Counted from the stretch's first letter, positions 35,800 through 51,049 are shown. The stretch is 64,000 bases of DNA from Macrostomum lignano (GCA_002269645.1 NIVC01001827.1:1-64000), one strand, 5' to 3'. The notes: a model not told the origin generated them from the sequence alone. Numbers and translations are program-made.

Positions 35800-36614
35800 A
35801 TGGAATGCTGATCATGAGCACACCGAATATGGAATGCTGATCATGAGCACACTGAATATAGAATGCTGATCATGAGCACACTGAATATGGAATGCTGATC
35901 ATGAGCACACTGAATATGGAATGCTGATCATGAGCACACTGAATATGGAATGCTGATCATGAGCACACTGAATATGGAATGCTGATCATGAGCACACTGA
36001 ATATAGAATGCTGATCATGAGCACACTGAATATGGAATGCTGATCATGAGCACACTGAATATGGAATGCTGATCATGAGCACACTGAATATAGAATGCTG
36101 ATCATGAGCACACTGAATATAGCATGCTGATCATGAGCACACTGAATATAGAATGCTGATCATGAGCACACTGAATATGGAATGCTGATCATGAGCACAC
36201 TGAATATGGAATGCTGATCATGAGCACACTGAATATAGGATGCTGATCATGAGCACACTGAATATGGAATGCTGATCATGAGCACACTGAATATAGAATG
36301 CTGATCATGAGCACACTGAATATAGAATGCTGATCATGAGCACACTGAATATGGAATGCTGATCATGAGCACACTGAATATGGAATGCTGATCATGAGCA
36401 CACTGAATATGGAATGCTGATCATGAGCACACTGAATATAGAATGCTGATCATGAGCACACTGAATATAGAATGCTGATCATGAGCACACTGAATATAGA
36501 ATGCTGATCATGAGCACACTGAATATGGAATGCTGATCATGAGCACACTGAATATAGAATGCTGATCATGAGCACACTGAATATGGAATGCTGATCATGA
36601 GCACACTGAATATG
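35800..36614. repeat. 29-bp minisatellite (GAATGCTGATCATGAGCACACTGAATATR)n
   Basis: About 28 copies. Confidence 0.95.
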
Positions 36615-37414
36615 GGTGATCTCCGTTGATGATGAGCGGTGAGAGCAGCTCGGCTTCATCACTCCGGTCACGACACTGTTCTGAGAAGTCAGCAGAATTT
36701 TCATCCCCTTAGATACTGATTCCTGCAACTCAGACTAAACCCAGGACTTAAACCAGCGAGCATTAGACAGATTAAAGCAGGTTGGCGAGCTGGCAGAGAA
36801 GACCCTCTGGCACCGGCCGAGTCCTCAGCAAGTGCAGCCTGCATTTTCTGCTTCTGCAAAGCAGAGCTCAATTCAGAAATCCTCACGCACCCTCACCCAG
36901 TCCCCCTCCCTTACTCTCTTACGCTCTCGCTCCCGTCAGGGGACACTCGAGCAAGATGGGAAAACAATCAGGGAAAGGTTCGCGATTTCACTCCCCATCC
37001 AGCATCCCTTCCTCATCTGCTTCGATCGGCGGCTGGGAAGCCAAATTGGTTTTGCTGAGTGAGGGGGGGGGGTGCGGATTCTGAAACCTTTTATTTTTCG
37101 CTCGCGGATTTTTATTTTCGTCGCAGTCCATTAATTTCTCACTGTTGTTTTTTGGGGGGCGCTACAGTTATTGCCAAGTGCGAGAGGTACACTGATATGA
37201 GGAAATTCATCCCAATCTGCGATGAGGCAGCCCTGTGCTCCAGTTGCTCTGCAAATTGATCTTTTCACTTGAGTGTCCGAGTTCGAATATCCGATCAGGT
37301 GCACATTAGCCTGACTCTGGCTCTAAGATGGATAAGTGAGATGAGCTTGATAAGAAAGGTGAAATGGAAATAAAAGAAAATGATGAACTGAAAGAAACAG
37401 ATAGGCTTCTCTAT

Positions 37415-37900
<486 letters not shown>

Positions 37901-38139
37901 TCAATATTTTTTCTTTCTAATTGCAACTCAACTGCAGATCTTTGATGCGGCCTCAGATGGACCATCAATTATTATTACTTATAGCGTTAGTTAATTATTG
38001 TTTAGCTCCATTATTAAATAAATGACTTGCGCCGGCAATCTTCAAAAGCGTGTAAATTCATCGCTGTAATCGGGAAGTTTTGAAATTGTGCAGACTGATT
38101 GTTTTAATTACTTCTTTTGCCCGATATCACAGCCATAGG

Positions 38140-38260
38140 GGCCACAGAGAATGTACATGCCTGGCAGGATTAGATAGTCGGAGCTGTTGTACATCCTGTG
38201 TGAGCGTGTGTATGACTGCATGTGCATGTGCTCAGGAGCCAGCGGAATGGGCAGGGTGCC
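38140..38260 (+). mobile_element. Diverged relative of the SINE family A body
   Basis: CACAGAGAATGTACATGCCTGGC...TGTACATCCTGTGTGAG...GCTCAGG..GCGGAATGGGCAG aligns with family A. Confidence 0.6.
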
Positions 38261-38927
38261 CGCAGCCTCCTGTGACTACTACCACTGTTAACATTACTAG
38301 CTTTGCGATTGTACACAGCTACGCCTCTATAGTCAAGTTCCTCTTTGGGATTTCCCCAATACTCAATCCCCCCTTGAAGGTGGAAGAGCCGTAGGCGCGG
38401 GCAGCCTTAATTAACGGCGTGTCTCCTGCTCCCAGCCAAGCCGGCTGTCGCAAATTTTCGAGGCGCCAAGGTGAAGCAAAAAAGTTACTCTCCGCAATCA
38501 AACACGAGGCGCCTTATTCTCAGTTGTGAATTCTGATACATCCTACTAGCTCAGGTCAGACCAATTAGTAACAGTAGTCCGTCTCTCCTAGCACGTCCCG
38601 CAGGGACAGAGCGACTTCATTTCAAAGCGATGGACCGCTGGGAGGGGGCAGCAGTGTTTGATTAATTCGTTAATTATAAATAGCCGCCTCGCATTCGAAT
38701 AGATTGAAAAGTCAATTCTGCTGAGTGTGCCAACTGAGGCTCCCGGTCATCATTTATTGATTAGGGCGATAGATTGCTAATTATTAAGTCTCTACCACGG
38801 CTTACCTAGCTGTCCTATTGTTTCTCTCATAGGGTATTACTCTGGATGAGCCATTTTGTGCTGCGGCAATCGCGCAGTCTCAGCTATAGGCATTGTCAAC
38901 GGTAGACTGTAAATACACAGCAGCTGC

Positions 38928-39590
<663 letters not shown>

Positions 39591-40177
39591 AACTACAGAA
39601 TCTGTCATGTGAATTCCGTGTCTCTTTTTTAAGTGTTTTTTTTCAATTCCTCTTTTCCCCAGTCCCTGTCCTTTGCCTGTCAACCGCTCTGTGTCAGCCG
39701 GGGCAGCGGCGGAAGGAAGGCGGGGCGAAGAGTGGTGGGTGCCGGCAGAGGTCTCAGAAGAGGGGCACGACCCGCTGAGCACATTGATGGTCGATCAGGT
39801 GTGTAAATAAGCAGCGCCGGAGTTCCACCGCGATCTGGCGAGAGCCCCCGCTGCTACTGCTGGTGCTAATTGTTGTCCCAGAGACAGGGACAGGTTGGAC
39901 CAGAAACTGGCTGAATATGAGAGCAAAGAGTCCTTGTGCAACTATGCAAACACACAGGGGCTTAAAAAGGTAAGCCCAGAGATGGGGAGGGCGGGTTGGC
40001 AACATGCAGGGTGTCGGCAGGCGCCGCATTTGCAAAGCGCCTGGCAATACCGTTGGCGAGTCGCTGGCGTTCCTAAAAAAATCTTTCTTTTTCACCGCCT
40101 GCCTCATTTTTCTCTCCCTGTTTTGCAATTGAATTGAATTGGCGGCGGGGACAGTGCGGCCGTGTCAGCGGAAGGTG

Positions 40178-40178
<1 letters not shown>

Positions 40179-40224
<46 letters not shown>
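40179..40224. repeat. (CA)n microsatellite
   Basis: Dinucleotide run. Confidence 0.9.
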
Positions 40225-40226
<2 letters not shown>

Positions 40227-40859
40227 ATTTGTCCCCCGCTTGGCACCTGAAGTGTGCTGTTTGTGCCAGTGTGTAACCCCTCCCGTCTGCAGCCTACTGG
40301 GAGCCGGGCATTATTGCTGTGCAGCGAGCCGAAGCTCCCCTCCCCACTCTACTCTGTGATTTCTATTTTATCACCTTGCCATTTCATATTTCATAGCAGC
40401 CCTGCCACACCCAACAAAATCCCAGGCCTGGCCCCGGGGATCAATGGAGTTTTTTGATGCATTGGATTTTCGGTCTGCCTGTCAGACGAGTCCTGAGCTG
40501 TACTCCGCTCCTAATACCTGGGGGAGTGCAGTTGAAACAGATCGCTCACGGATCTTGATTGGCAGTAACAGCTCCGGCTGATCTGGCTGCTGTGTTAGAC
40601 TGAGAGGCTAAGTAATGAGATGCTAGTCATCATCGCGACTTTCTGCTCTGCATTATTTTGTCAGCCACTTTTGTTTATCCTTGGCCTCAGCTCACTCTGT
40701 AGGCAACGGATTGACTATCACTCCTGCCGCGCTCATTTTACTGACTTTTGAGCGACTTCTGTAGTTCATTATTGCACATTTAATTATCTTGATAAATCAT
40801 TGTTGATACTACTGGAAGTAGCAATGGAGTAGCCGGTTTTTTAAATTTAGTCACCGTTA

Positions 40860-41175
40860 CCCTCAGCCCCTCACCATCACCCTCAGCCCCTCACCATCAC
40901 CATCAAACCCCTCACCATCACCCTCAATCCCTCAATCCCTCACCCTCAACCCCTCACCATCACCCTCAAACCCCTCACCATCACCTTCAATCCCTCACCA
41001 TCACCCTCAACCCCTCACCATCACCCTCAAACCCCTCACCATCACCCGCAACCCCCTCACCATCACCCTCAAACCCCTCACCATCACCATCAAACCCCTC
41101 ACCATTAGCATCAAACCCCTCACCATCACCCTCAACCCCTCACCATCACCCTCAACCCCTCACCATCACCCTCAG
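40860..41175. repeat. 19/20-bp minisatellite (CCCTCACCATCACCCTCAA[A])n
   Basis: About 16 copies. Confidence 0.88.
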
Positions 41176-41682
41176 TCCTCTATCCTTTTTTCGGTCCATT
41201 TTAATCTCCATTTTTTCAATCCTATGTGTTTTATCAGCTCACGGTGACAAAAGAGCAGGATATATTCAATATAAATCAAGTAACAAGCAATGCATTCAAT
41301 TTTGCTCCTATAATTGACTGATTGTATAAATTCTACAATGTTTTAATTAAAATTTTAACCGACTCGTTGAAATTTGGATGACAAAATATTATATAGTTTG
41401 TCTTGCACTTTTATTCAAAGCTGATAGATGCGAGACACCACTGTGGCAAAATCTGTTTACGAATGCAAAGAATATTAATTTGCACGGTGCTTCTGCTGCA
41501 ACACAGAATTTTAAATAATTATAAATTAAATTAATTTGCATGTTGAAATTGCTTGAATTGAATTTTTCATCAGGCGTTGAGGCAAGATTTTCTGTTAACA
41601 GAATACAGAAACTGAGCGCATTTTGAGGCATTGAGTCCAAGTCATAATAGAGAAATCAGTGGGCTTATTGTGCAGGAGACTG

Positions 41683-42086
41683 GGTCCACTGAACGTGCAG
41701 TAGCTGCGAGTCCACTGATCGTGCAGTAGCTTCGGGTTCACTGATCGTGCAGTAGCTACGAGTCCACTGAACGTGCAGTAGCTTCGGGTTCACTGATCGT
41801 GCAGTAGCTTCGGGTTCACTGATCGTGCAGTAGCTTCGGGTCCACTGATCGTGCAGTAGCTACGGGTCCACTGAAGGTGCAGTAGCTTCGGGTCCACTGA
41901 ACGTGCAGTAGCTACGGGTCCACTGAACGTGCAGTAGCTTCGGGTCCACTGATCGTGCAGTAGCTACGGGTCCACTGAACGTGCAGTAGCTTCGGGTCCA
42001 CTGATCGTGCAGTAGCTACGGGTCCACTGAACGTGCAGTAGCTTCGGGTTCACTGATCGTGCAGTAGCTACGGGTCCACTGAACGT
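41683..42086. repeat. 26-bp minisatellite (CCACTGAWCGTGCAGTAGCTWCGGGT)n
   Basis: About 15 copies. Confidence 0.92.
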
Positions 42087-42827
42087 GAACTCAGGCAGTT
42101 TTTTGTCTTTTTCTAAATGGCTTAAATAGCAACCTGAAGTAGGAGACATTGAACAGAAAGTACCGAAGCCATTGAATAAAACACGGGAACGGTAAAGAGA
42201 AAGTGAAGTGGAATGTTATGGCCTCAGTCTGTGCAAACAACTTTTACTAGTAACGTGAATGTGGACAGAAAAAATCCACTAATTTTAGCTGATACCCAAT
42301 GAAACTTTTCTTAGCAATAAAAGCTAGCAACGATTGGTGTTTATATACAGAGATTGCAGCAGCACCGCATGACTGACAATGCTTTGCACCTGGTTGGCTA
42401 AGAGTGAGATTAAATAATTAAGGTGCTTATGCTTGTGTTAAAAATATTAGCAATTCAATTTACATCGAAGCAGATAGTATATGTAGCGGTGTAATTGAGA
42501 GAGAAATAGCGAACCTGCTCACTGGGATCATTGTGAGTAGCTTTAGAAGAAAAAAATTGAACACAACAACGTTAGCATACAACACCACAGCTCACATTTG
42601 ATTGGCTCCGCCCAGTTAACAGTTTCAACCAATCAGCGGTCGCCGAGGGGTTAGAAAAGCAGAAGCGCCAATGTACATTATTTAAGTTGGTACCGATGGA
42701 CAAGTCGACCAGAAAGATTCCGCGTGGAATGCTAAGCCAAATGTCAAAGCAAAATAAATTCCTTCCACAGCATTGGTTTCTGCAGATTATTTATTTTAAA
42801 ACTCGACCTCAAAAAGTTCCGATGCAG

Positions 42828-42989
42828 CTAAGGGGGAGCGCAGCTTCTCTGCTGCTGCAGAAACTGGCCAGGCAGATGAGGCTGTCTCCGTCCTGAGCCT
42901 CCAGGACCGCCGCCGCTGCCGCTAAAGCCGCCGCTGCCTCCGACGCCGCCGCCATCCCGAAGTAGTCGAGGCAGGGAAATCAGCTGCTG
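42828..42989 (-). CDS. KCNN: SK/KCNN channel, probable terminal exon
   Basis: cccgcag|CAG CAG CTG acceptor; QQLISLPRLL continues the post-coiled-coil region, then a Gly-rich tail and TAG at 42830-42828. Confidence 0.6.
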   Translation of the reverse strand, partial: QQLISLPRLLRDGGGVGGSGGFSGSGGGPGGSGRRQPHLPGQFLQQQRSCAPP

Positions 42990-43064
42990 CTGCGGGATGG
43001 GGAAGTGCGAGTTAAGAAACATCAGCTGCGATGCCAGGGTGGCTGCAACCCTCCCGTGGATATT

Positions 43065-43567
43065 CCCCCTTCAGACAATTGACCGTCTGAGCAATTCCCC
43101 TTCAGACAATTGACCGTCTGAGCAATTCCCCTTCAGACAATTGACCGTCTGAGCAATTCCCCTTCAGACAATTGACCGTCTGAGCAATTCTCCCTTCAGA
43201 CAATTGACCGTCTGAGCAATTCCCCTTCAGACAATTGACCGTCTGAGCAATTCCCCTTCAGACAATTGACCGTCTGAGCAATTCCCCTTCAGACAATTGA
43301 CCGTCTGAGCAATTCCCCTTCAGACAATTGACCGTCTGAGCAATTCCCCTTCAGACAATTGACCGTCTGAGCAATTCCCCTTCAGACAATTGACCGTCTG
43401 AGCAATTCCCCTTCAGACAATTGACCGTCTGAGCAATTCCCCCTTCAGACAATTGACCGTCTGAGCAATTCCCCCTTCAGACAATTGACCGTCTGAGCAA
43501 TTCTCCCTTCAGACAATTGACCGTCTGAGCAATTCCCCCTTCAGACAATTGACCGTCTGAGCAATTC
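43065..43567. repeat. 31-bp minisatellite (TTCCCCTTCAGACAATTGACCGTCTGAGCAA)n
   Basis: About 16 head-to-tail copies, no spacers. Confidence 0.95.
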
Positions 43568-44156
43568 TGAATAAGAGGAAAGATACGAGCGTAAAGGGTT
43601 AAAAAGGTTACAATTATGCCAATGTGCCCTACAAACCACACATTGAACAACAAAGTTTCAATAATTTTAGCGAGTTTAGCTTAACTTATTATGGTATAGC
43701 TAAAACTATATTATTTACAATGTTGAACCTATCAATCAAAAGTCTCCACTCAATTCTTTCCAACAACTGTGCCGTCGTCCGTCGGACCCGAAGCGCTTCT
43801 TGGAAAGTGACTTCTGCGTCAGAGCCGAGAGATAAGGTGGGAGGGTGGAGATAAGCCAAAAGCGGGAGGGGATTCGAGGGCAGCTGACACGCGGGACCCA
43901 CCGTATAAACAGCAAGCAACTGCCGCCCCCTCCGGACAGGCTGTTGTGCTTCAAGCATAGGATTATCAGTTCCAATGGGAAGCAGGAGATGTAGCAGAAT
44001 TCCTTTTCCAGCTTCTTAATGGACGGCCTTTCTGACCGCAGCAGAAAATGAAAACGCAGACTGTGCAACTATTTACCTAATAAATGCGAAATTTTCCCCC
44101 ATTTTAGTCGTTTAAAAGCAAATAAATCTGAAAGAATGGTCCCAATTCTCAGCCCA

Positions 44157-46185
44157 ATCCCATCCCGATTCCCCATCCCGATTCCCCATCCCGATTCCCC
44201 ATCCCGATTCCCCATCCCGATTCCCCATCCCGATTCCCCATCCCGATTCCCCATCTCGATTCCCCATCCCGATTCCCCATCCCGATTCCCCATCCCGATT
44301 CCCTATCTCGATTCCCCATCCCGATTCCCCATCCCGATTCCCCATCCCGATTCCCCATCCCGATTCCCCATCCCGATTCCCCATCCCGATTCCCCATCCC
44401 GATTCCCCATCCCGATTCCCCATCCCGATTCCCCATCCTGATTCCCCATCCCGATTCCCCATCCCGATTCCCCATCCCGATTCCCCATCCCGATTCCCCA
44501 TCCCGATTCCCCATCCCGATTCCCCATCCCGATTCCCTATCCCGATTCCTCATCCCGATTCCCCATCCCGATTCCTCATCCCGATTCCCCATCCCGATTC
44601 CCCATCCCGATTCCCCATCCCGATTCCCCATCCCGATTCCCCATCCCGATTCCCCATCCCGATTCCCCATCCCATCCCGATTCCCCATCCCGATTCCCTA
44701 TCCCGATTCCTCATCCCGATTCCCCATCCCGATTCCTCATCCCGATTCCCCATCCCGATTCCCCATCACGATTCCCTATCTCGATTCCCCATCCCGATTC
44801 CCCATCCCGATTCCCCATCCCGATTCCCCATCCCGATTCCTCATCCCGATTCCCTATCCCGATTCCTCATCCCGATTCCCCATCCCGATTCCTCATCCCG
44901 ATTCCCCATCCCGATTCCCCATCCCGATTCCCTATCTCGATTCCCCATCCCGATTCCCCATCCCGATTCCCCATCCCGATTCCCCATCCCGATTCCCCAT
45001 CCCGATTCCCCATCCCGATTCCCCATCCCGATTCCCCATCCCGATTCCCCATCCCGATTCCCCATCCCGATTCCCCATCCCGATTCCCCATCCCGATTCC
45101 CCATCCCGATTCCCCATCCCGATTCCCCATCCCGATTCCCCATCCCGATTCCCCATCCCGATTCCCTATCTCGATTCCCTATCCCGATTCCCAATCTCGA
45201 TTCCCCATCCCGATTCCCCATCCCGATTCCCCATCCCGATTCCCCATCCCGATTCCCCATCCCGATTCCCCATCCCGATTCCCCATCCCGATTCCCCATC
45301 CCGATTCCCCATCCCGATTCCCCATCCCGATTCCCCATCCCGATTCCCCATCCCGATTCCCCATCCCGATTCCCCATCCCGATTCCCCATCCCGATTCCT
45401 CATCCCGATTCCCTATCCCGATTCCTCATCCCGATTCCCCATCCCGATTCCCCATCCCGATTCCCCATCCCGATTCCCCATCCCGATTCCCCATCCCGAT
45501 TCCCCATCCCGATTCCCCATCCCGATTCCCCATCCCGATTCCTCATCCCGATTCCCCATCCCGATTCCCCATCCCGATTCCCCATCCCGATTCCCCATCC
45601 CGATTCCTCATCCCGATTCCCTATCCCGATTCCTCATCCCGATTCCCCATCCCGATTCCCCATCCCGATTCCCCATCCCGATTCCCTATCTCGATTCCCC
45701 ATCCCGATTCCCCATCCCGATTCCCCATCCCGATTCCCCATCCCGATTCCCCATCCCGATTCCCCATCCCGATTCCCCATCCCGATTCCTCATCCCGATT
45801 CCCTATCCCGATTCCTCATCCCGATTCCCCATCCCGATTCCTCATCCCGATTCCTCATCCCGATTCCCCATCCCGATTCCCCATCCCGATTCCCCATCCC
45901 GATTCCCCATCCCGATTCCCCATCCCGATTCCCCATCCCGATTCCCCATCCCGATTCCTCATCCCGATTCCCCATCCCGATTCCTCATCCCGATTCCTCA
46001 TCCCGATTCCCCATCCCGATTCCCCATCCCGATTCCCCATCCCGATTCCCCATCCCGATTCCCCATCCCGATTCCCCATCCCGATTCCCCATCCCGATTC
46101 CCCATCCCGATTCCCCATCCCGATTCCCCATCCCGATTCCCCATCCCGATTCCCCATCCCGATTATCCCGATTCCCCATCCCGTC
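44157..46185. repeat. 13-bp minisatellite (CCCATCCCGATTC)n
   Basis: About 155 copies, about 2 kb, in an SK intron. Confidence 0.96.
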
Positions 46186-46209
46186 CCCATGTCCCGATGG
46201 CCATAATAC

Positions 46210-46311
46210 CTGAATGGAGAGCAGGAAGTCCTCAACCTTGTCCATCCGCTGCCGGAAGCACTCCAGGTCTTGGTGGCTGGCTTGCACAATGGTGAAGATG
46301 TCGGTCTGAGT
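46210..46311 (-). CDS. KCNN: SK/KCNN exon (C-terminal coiled coil)
   Basis: tatcag|ACT acceptor, CAG|gtatta donor; TQTDIFTIVQASHQDLECFRQRMDKVEDFLLSIQ. Confidence 0.85.
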
Positions 46312-46723
46312 CTGATAATAGCGGTAGTTATTGTTGTGGGATAATGGGGATTAGTATTAGAAAAACAGGTTGCACCTTCCTGTAAGAGTCCCGATAACGA
46401 AGCTACACATGAGCTCTTATGAGAACTTATGAAAGATAACAATAAAATGTTGTGATATCTCATGAGCAACATCCACTGTCAAAACACACAACCAACTGAC
46501 TAGAAGGTTCGAAAGTAAAAACAAAAAAGTATAAAGTTTTTATGCATCAAAATGCTTGTACGTACGAATTTGAAACAGATGCAGAAATGATCAAACGGAA
46601 AAAACAAAAATTTGTTTGATTAACAACATCCGATCTCACCTGCTCGACAGACGTCCACTGAAATGACGAAAGCTAAGCAACGATAGCATGGGCTCTTATT
46701 GCGGCGGGCAGGCTTTCGCTGGT

Positions 46724-47416
46724 AAGATGTGTCGTTGAGATGTGTCGGTGAGATGTGTCGGTGAGATGTGCCGGTGAGATGTGTCGGTGAGATGTGCCGG
46801 TGAGATGTGTCGGTGAGATGTGCCGGTGAGATGTGTCGGTGAGATGTGTCGGTGAGATGTGTCGGTGAGATGTGTCGGTGAGATGTGTCAGTGAGATGTG
46901 TCGGTGAGATGTGTCGGTGAGATGTGTCGTTGAGATGTCTCGATGAGATGTGTCGTTGAGATGTGTCGGTGAGATGTGTCGGTGAGATGTGTCAGTGAGA
47001 TGTGTCGTTGAGATGTGTCGGTGAGATGTGTCGGTGAGATGTGTCGGTGAGATGTGTCGGTGAGATGTGTCGTTGAGATGTGTCGGTGAGATGTGTCGTT
47101 GAGATGTGTCGGTGAGATGTGTCGGTGAGATGTGTCGGTGAGATGTGTCGGTGAGATGTGTCGGTGAGATGTGTCGGTGAGAAGTAAAGGTGAGATGTGT
47201 CGGTGAGAAGTAAAGGTGAGATGTGTCGGTGAGAAGTAAAGGTGAGATGTGTCGGTGAGAAGTAAAGGTGAGATGTGTCGGTGAGAAGTAAAGGTGAGAT
47301 GTGTCGGTGAGAAGTAAAGGTGAGATGCGTCGGTCAGAAGTAAAGGTGAGATGTGTCGGTGAGAAGTAAAGGTGAGATGTGTCGGTGAGAAGTAAAGGTG
47401 AGATGTGTCGGTGAGA
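46724..47416. repeat. 13-bp (GTGAGATGTGTCG)n array changing to a 26-bp higher-order repeat
   Basis: Monomers to about 47175, then alternation with the variant GTGAGAAGTAAAG. Confidence 0.93.
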
Positions 47417-47621
47417 GGTGTCAGTAAAATGTTTGCAAAGAATTGGTTTTCAAGCGAATTTGCTAGTAAACAAATAAGTACATCATGCACTTCTAAATAG
47501 CGGGGTTTACAAGCAGCCGGTGCAGTCAATTAATTAGGTGAAGTTTTTTTACTAAACAGTTCTGGTAGACACCGTAAAAAAAGTAAGCAGAATGAACGGC
47601 CACTCAGAAGCGTGTGCTCAC

Positions 47622-47691
47622 CTTGGCCAGGTCCACAATGGAGTTCGCATTGTCGGTGAGTTTTCTTTGGTCTCGCTTTACTTTGCGAAGG
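47622..47691 (-). CDS. KCNN: SK/KCNN exon (end of the calmodulin-binding domain)
   Basis: ttccag|C acceptor, AAG|gtgagc donor; LRKVKRDQRKLTDNANSIVDLAK. Confidence 0.92.
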
Positions 47692-47764
47692 CTGGAAATA
47701 TGAATTATTGTGGTAGAGGTAGGCAAAATGAGAGAACTTACGCATATGGAACTGCTCAGAACAG

Positions 47765-48465
47765 GTAAAGTGAACTACTGAGGACAATGAAGGTGAACTA
47801 CTATGGAAAATGAGAGTGAACTACTATGGACAATGAGAGTGAACTACCGAGAACAATGAAGGTGAACTACTGAGGACAATGAGAGTGAACTACCGAGAAC
47901 GATGAAGGTGAACTACTATGGAAAATGAAAGTGAACTACTATGGACAATGAGAGTGAACTACTATGGACAATGAGAGTAAACTACTGCGGACAATGAGAG
48001 TGAACTACTGCAGACAATGAGAGTGAACTGCTATGGACAATGAGAGTGAACTACTATGGACAATGAGAGTGAACTACTGCAGACAATGAGAGCGAACTAC
48101 TGCGGACAGAGAGTGAACTACTATGGACAATGAGAGTGAACTACTGCGGACAGAGAGTGAACTACTGCAGACAATAAGAGCGAACTACTATGGACAATGA
48201 GAGTGAACTACCTTGGAAAATGATAGTGACCTACTATGGACAATGAGAGTGAACTACTATGGACAATGAGAGTGAACTACTGCAGACAATGAGAGTGAAC
48301 TACTATGGACAATGAGAGTGAACTACTGCAGACAATGAGAGTGAACTACTGCAGACAATGAGAGTGAACTACTGCAGACAATGAGAGTGAACTGCTATGG
48401 ACAATGAGAGTGAACTGCTATGGATAATGAGAGTGAACTACTGAGGACAATGAGCGTGAACTATG
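47765..48465. repeat. 23-bp minisatellite (GAGAGTGAACTACTATGGACAAT)n
   Basis: About 30 variant copies filling most of an SK intron. Confidence 0.92.
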
Positions 48466-48530
48466 GAAAGTGGCACACTAGCTGTCCCATATGTTAGTAC
48501 AGCAAATAAAAATAAATCAACTTCGCCCAC

Positions 48531-48658
48531 CTGTGAATAGCCTGTAAGAATTTGCGCTGGTGGGTTCGCACCTTTCCAGGGTTCACCCGTTTCACCAGTT
48601 TGGTGTACTTGTAGATCAGCCAGGTTTCGCGCAGCACATTTGCGGCGGAGTTTTTCAG
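48531..48658 (-). CDS. KCNN: SK/KCNN exon (calmodulin-binding domain)
   Basis: ttttcag|CTG acceptor, AG|gtgggc donor; [42 protein letters not shown]. Confidence 0.95.
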
Positions 48659-49116
48659 CTGAAAAAAGGAAGTATGGAAATCATTTTACAGCCCTGTGCG
48701 ACTAGTTTAAAGACCTCCAGTGAAGCTCGAGAGCGTTCGCTAGCAAAGCCCTCGTACTTGCATTCTCTGCCGGAAAATGCCCAAGCTACACTTTTATTTC
48801 CCGAGCCTCTATAGCATTCTACTTCTCCTTTGATGGCTGCCGCCCAGATCCCACTCTCTGACGCGACTCTCTCTCGGGCTCAACTCAACTCAGAATTGCC
48901 GGCCAAGCTGGGGGGGGGCAGGGGAGGGGGGGTCAAGGCCCACCCAGACAGGCCAACTGATGAGGCCTCCGTGAGTGGACAGAGTTGAGTCCTGGTGAGC
49001 GAAAAACCGGTCAAGCGTGATAGAAATCTGGCGCACAAATGCTAAAAGGAATATAGGAGACTAAAATGAAAAAAATCTAAAATGAAAGTCGTACTTTGGG
49101 TTAAAAAAGCAAAAAA

Positions 49117-49660
<544 letters not shown>

Positions 49661-50139
49661 GACCAGCTGAATTTCTTAGAAACCACATATCTCAAGCGCT
49701 GACCAGTCGCATCCCAGCTCAAGGGTGAGCTCGAAGGTCGCGAGCAGGGGACAGATCTGAGCAATCGACCTAATTTGAATTCCCCTCCCCGGGATGCTCA
49801 ATCAGATAAGCGCTGCTCCCCAACCTATCTGAGCATCAATAAAAACGCAGCCTCCAAAGATCCTGCAGTTGCTGCGGAAATTGGGTCGGTTTGTCTCATC
49901 GATGCCCAAGGAAATAGGTAAAACTCGCTCACTGTGCGCACTTTCTAAGAAAGTATGCCGCGAACATAAATTGCCAACTATCGCGGCCTCAGTTCAGCCC
50001 GCTAATACGCGATGGCCATTCATAATTCATAACGCATGACGCCTGACGTGTCCTAATTTCCTTAAATTCCGGGCAAATTTGAGACAGAATAAAGTGCGAG
50101 TAGAAAATGTTTGAGGAAAACTCTGACTAAAGCACTCAC

Positions 50140-50250
50140 CCGTTTAGTGAGCGCCGTGTCCATCATGAAGTTGTGCACGTGCTTCTCAGCTCTGGTGAGC
50201 TCCAGCTTCCTGGCGAAGACCGCAACTACCAGAGCAGTGCAGCAGGAGCC
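50140..50250 (-). CDS. KCNN: SK/KCNN exon (S6 to start of the CaM-binding domain)
   Basis: ccgcag|GGC acceptor, CGG|gtgagt donor; [37 protein letters not shown]. Confidence 0.95.
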
Positions 50251-50260
50251 CTGCGGAGCG

Positions 50261-50570
50261 ACGGAGTGAGGGATGCTGGCTCCACTCTTCCACATGGACA
50301 ATGGCGGAGTGAGGGGTGCTGGCTCCACTCTTCCACATGGACAATGGCGGAGTGAGGGGTGCTGGCTCCACACATCCATATGGGCAATGGCGGAGTGAGG
50401 GGTGCTGGCTCCACTCTTCCACATGGACAATGGCGGAGTGAGGGGTGCTGGCTCCACACATCCATATGGGCAATGGCGGAGTGAGGGGTGCTGGCTCCGC
50501 TCTTCTACATGGGCAATGGCGGAGTGAGGGGTGCTGGCTCTACTCTTCCACATGGGCAATGGCGGAGTGA
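50261..50570. repeat. 43-bp minisatellite abutting an SK splice acceptor
   Basis: Unit GGCGGAGTGAGGGGTGCTGGCTCCACTCTTCCACATGGACAAT, about 7 copies. Confidence 0.9.
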
Positions 50571-51049
50571 GACATTGAAATTCAGAAAAAGATATCGCAG
50601 GATGTCAGGTTTGCTTGATGAAATAAATTAGGATAAAATCAAAAGTTCCTGGGCTCAGACTGGACCGAACACACTGATACTCCATCAGACTGTTGGCTGC
50701 AAAGCCGTAGCACGATGAGAGCATCCTGACATGCAACCCATACAATCAGGGATGGTGAATCTTCTACAGTCCAAGAAGAGACTATACTATAAAATTTTTC
50801 TCATCAATCAAGTTTCTTAACAACTTAAGCTTTGCAGATGTTTTCTTGGGCTAAGCTTTCAATAGCGGACCAATGACCCTGAGATAAGAGATTTTCATCC
50901 GTCTTGATCCACAGGCTTAAGTGAGTACGAGACAGCAGCTGGATGATGGAGCTGAAAGGATAAATTTTGGTGCAAAAGTACGATATAGCAAACAAGAATA
51001 GCACTTTCCAGCATGTTGATGAAGCCAGTGTAAACCTGTTTAAAGTGGC

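Noticed and set aside
36615-36690. Extra terminal SK exon (ttctcag|NSVVTGVMKPSCSHRSSSTEIT resembles SK C-termini ending in RSSST)
   Set aside because: No convincing donor links it to the 42989 exon, which has its own stop, and the frame runs into a minisatellite; it needs RNA-seq
43065-43567. CRISPR-like array (31-bp hairpin-forming repeat); the same idea for the 28-43-bp arrays elsewhere
   Set aside because: Units are head-to-tail with no unique spacers, there are no cas genes, and the context is a eukaryotic intron
48957-49015. Hammerhead ribozyme (CTGATGAG...GAAA)
   Set aside because: Stem II and stem III cannot be paired around the core motifs
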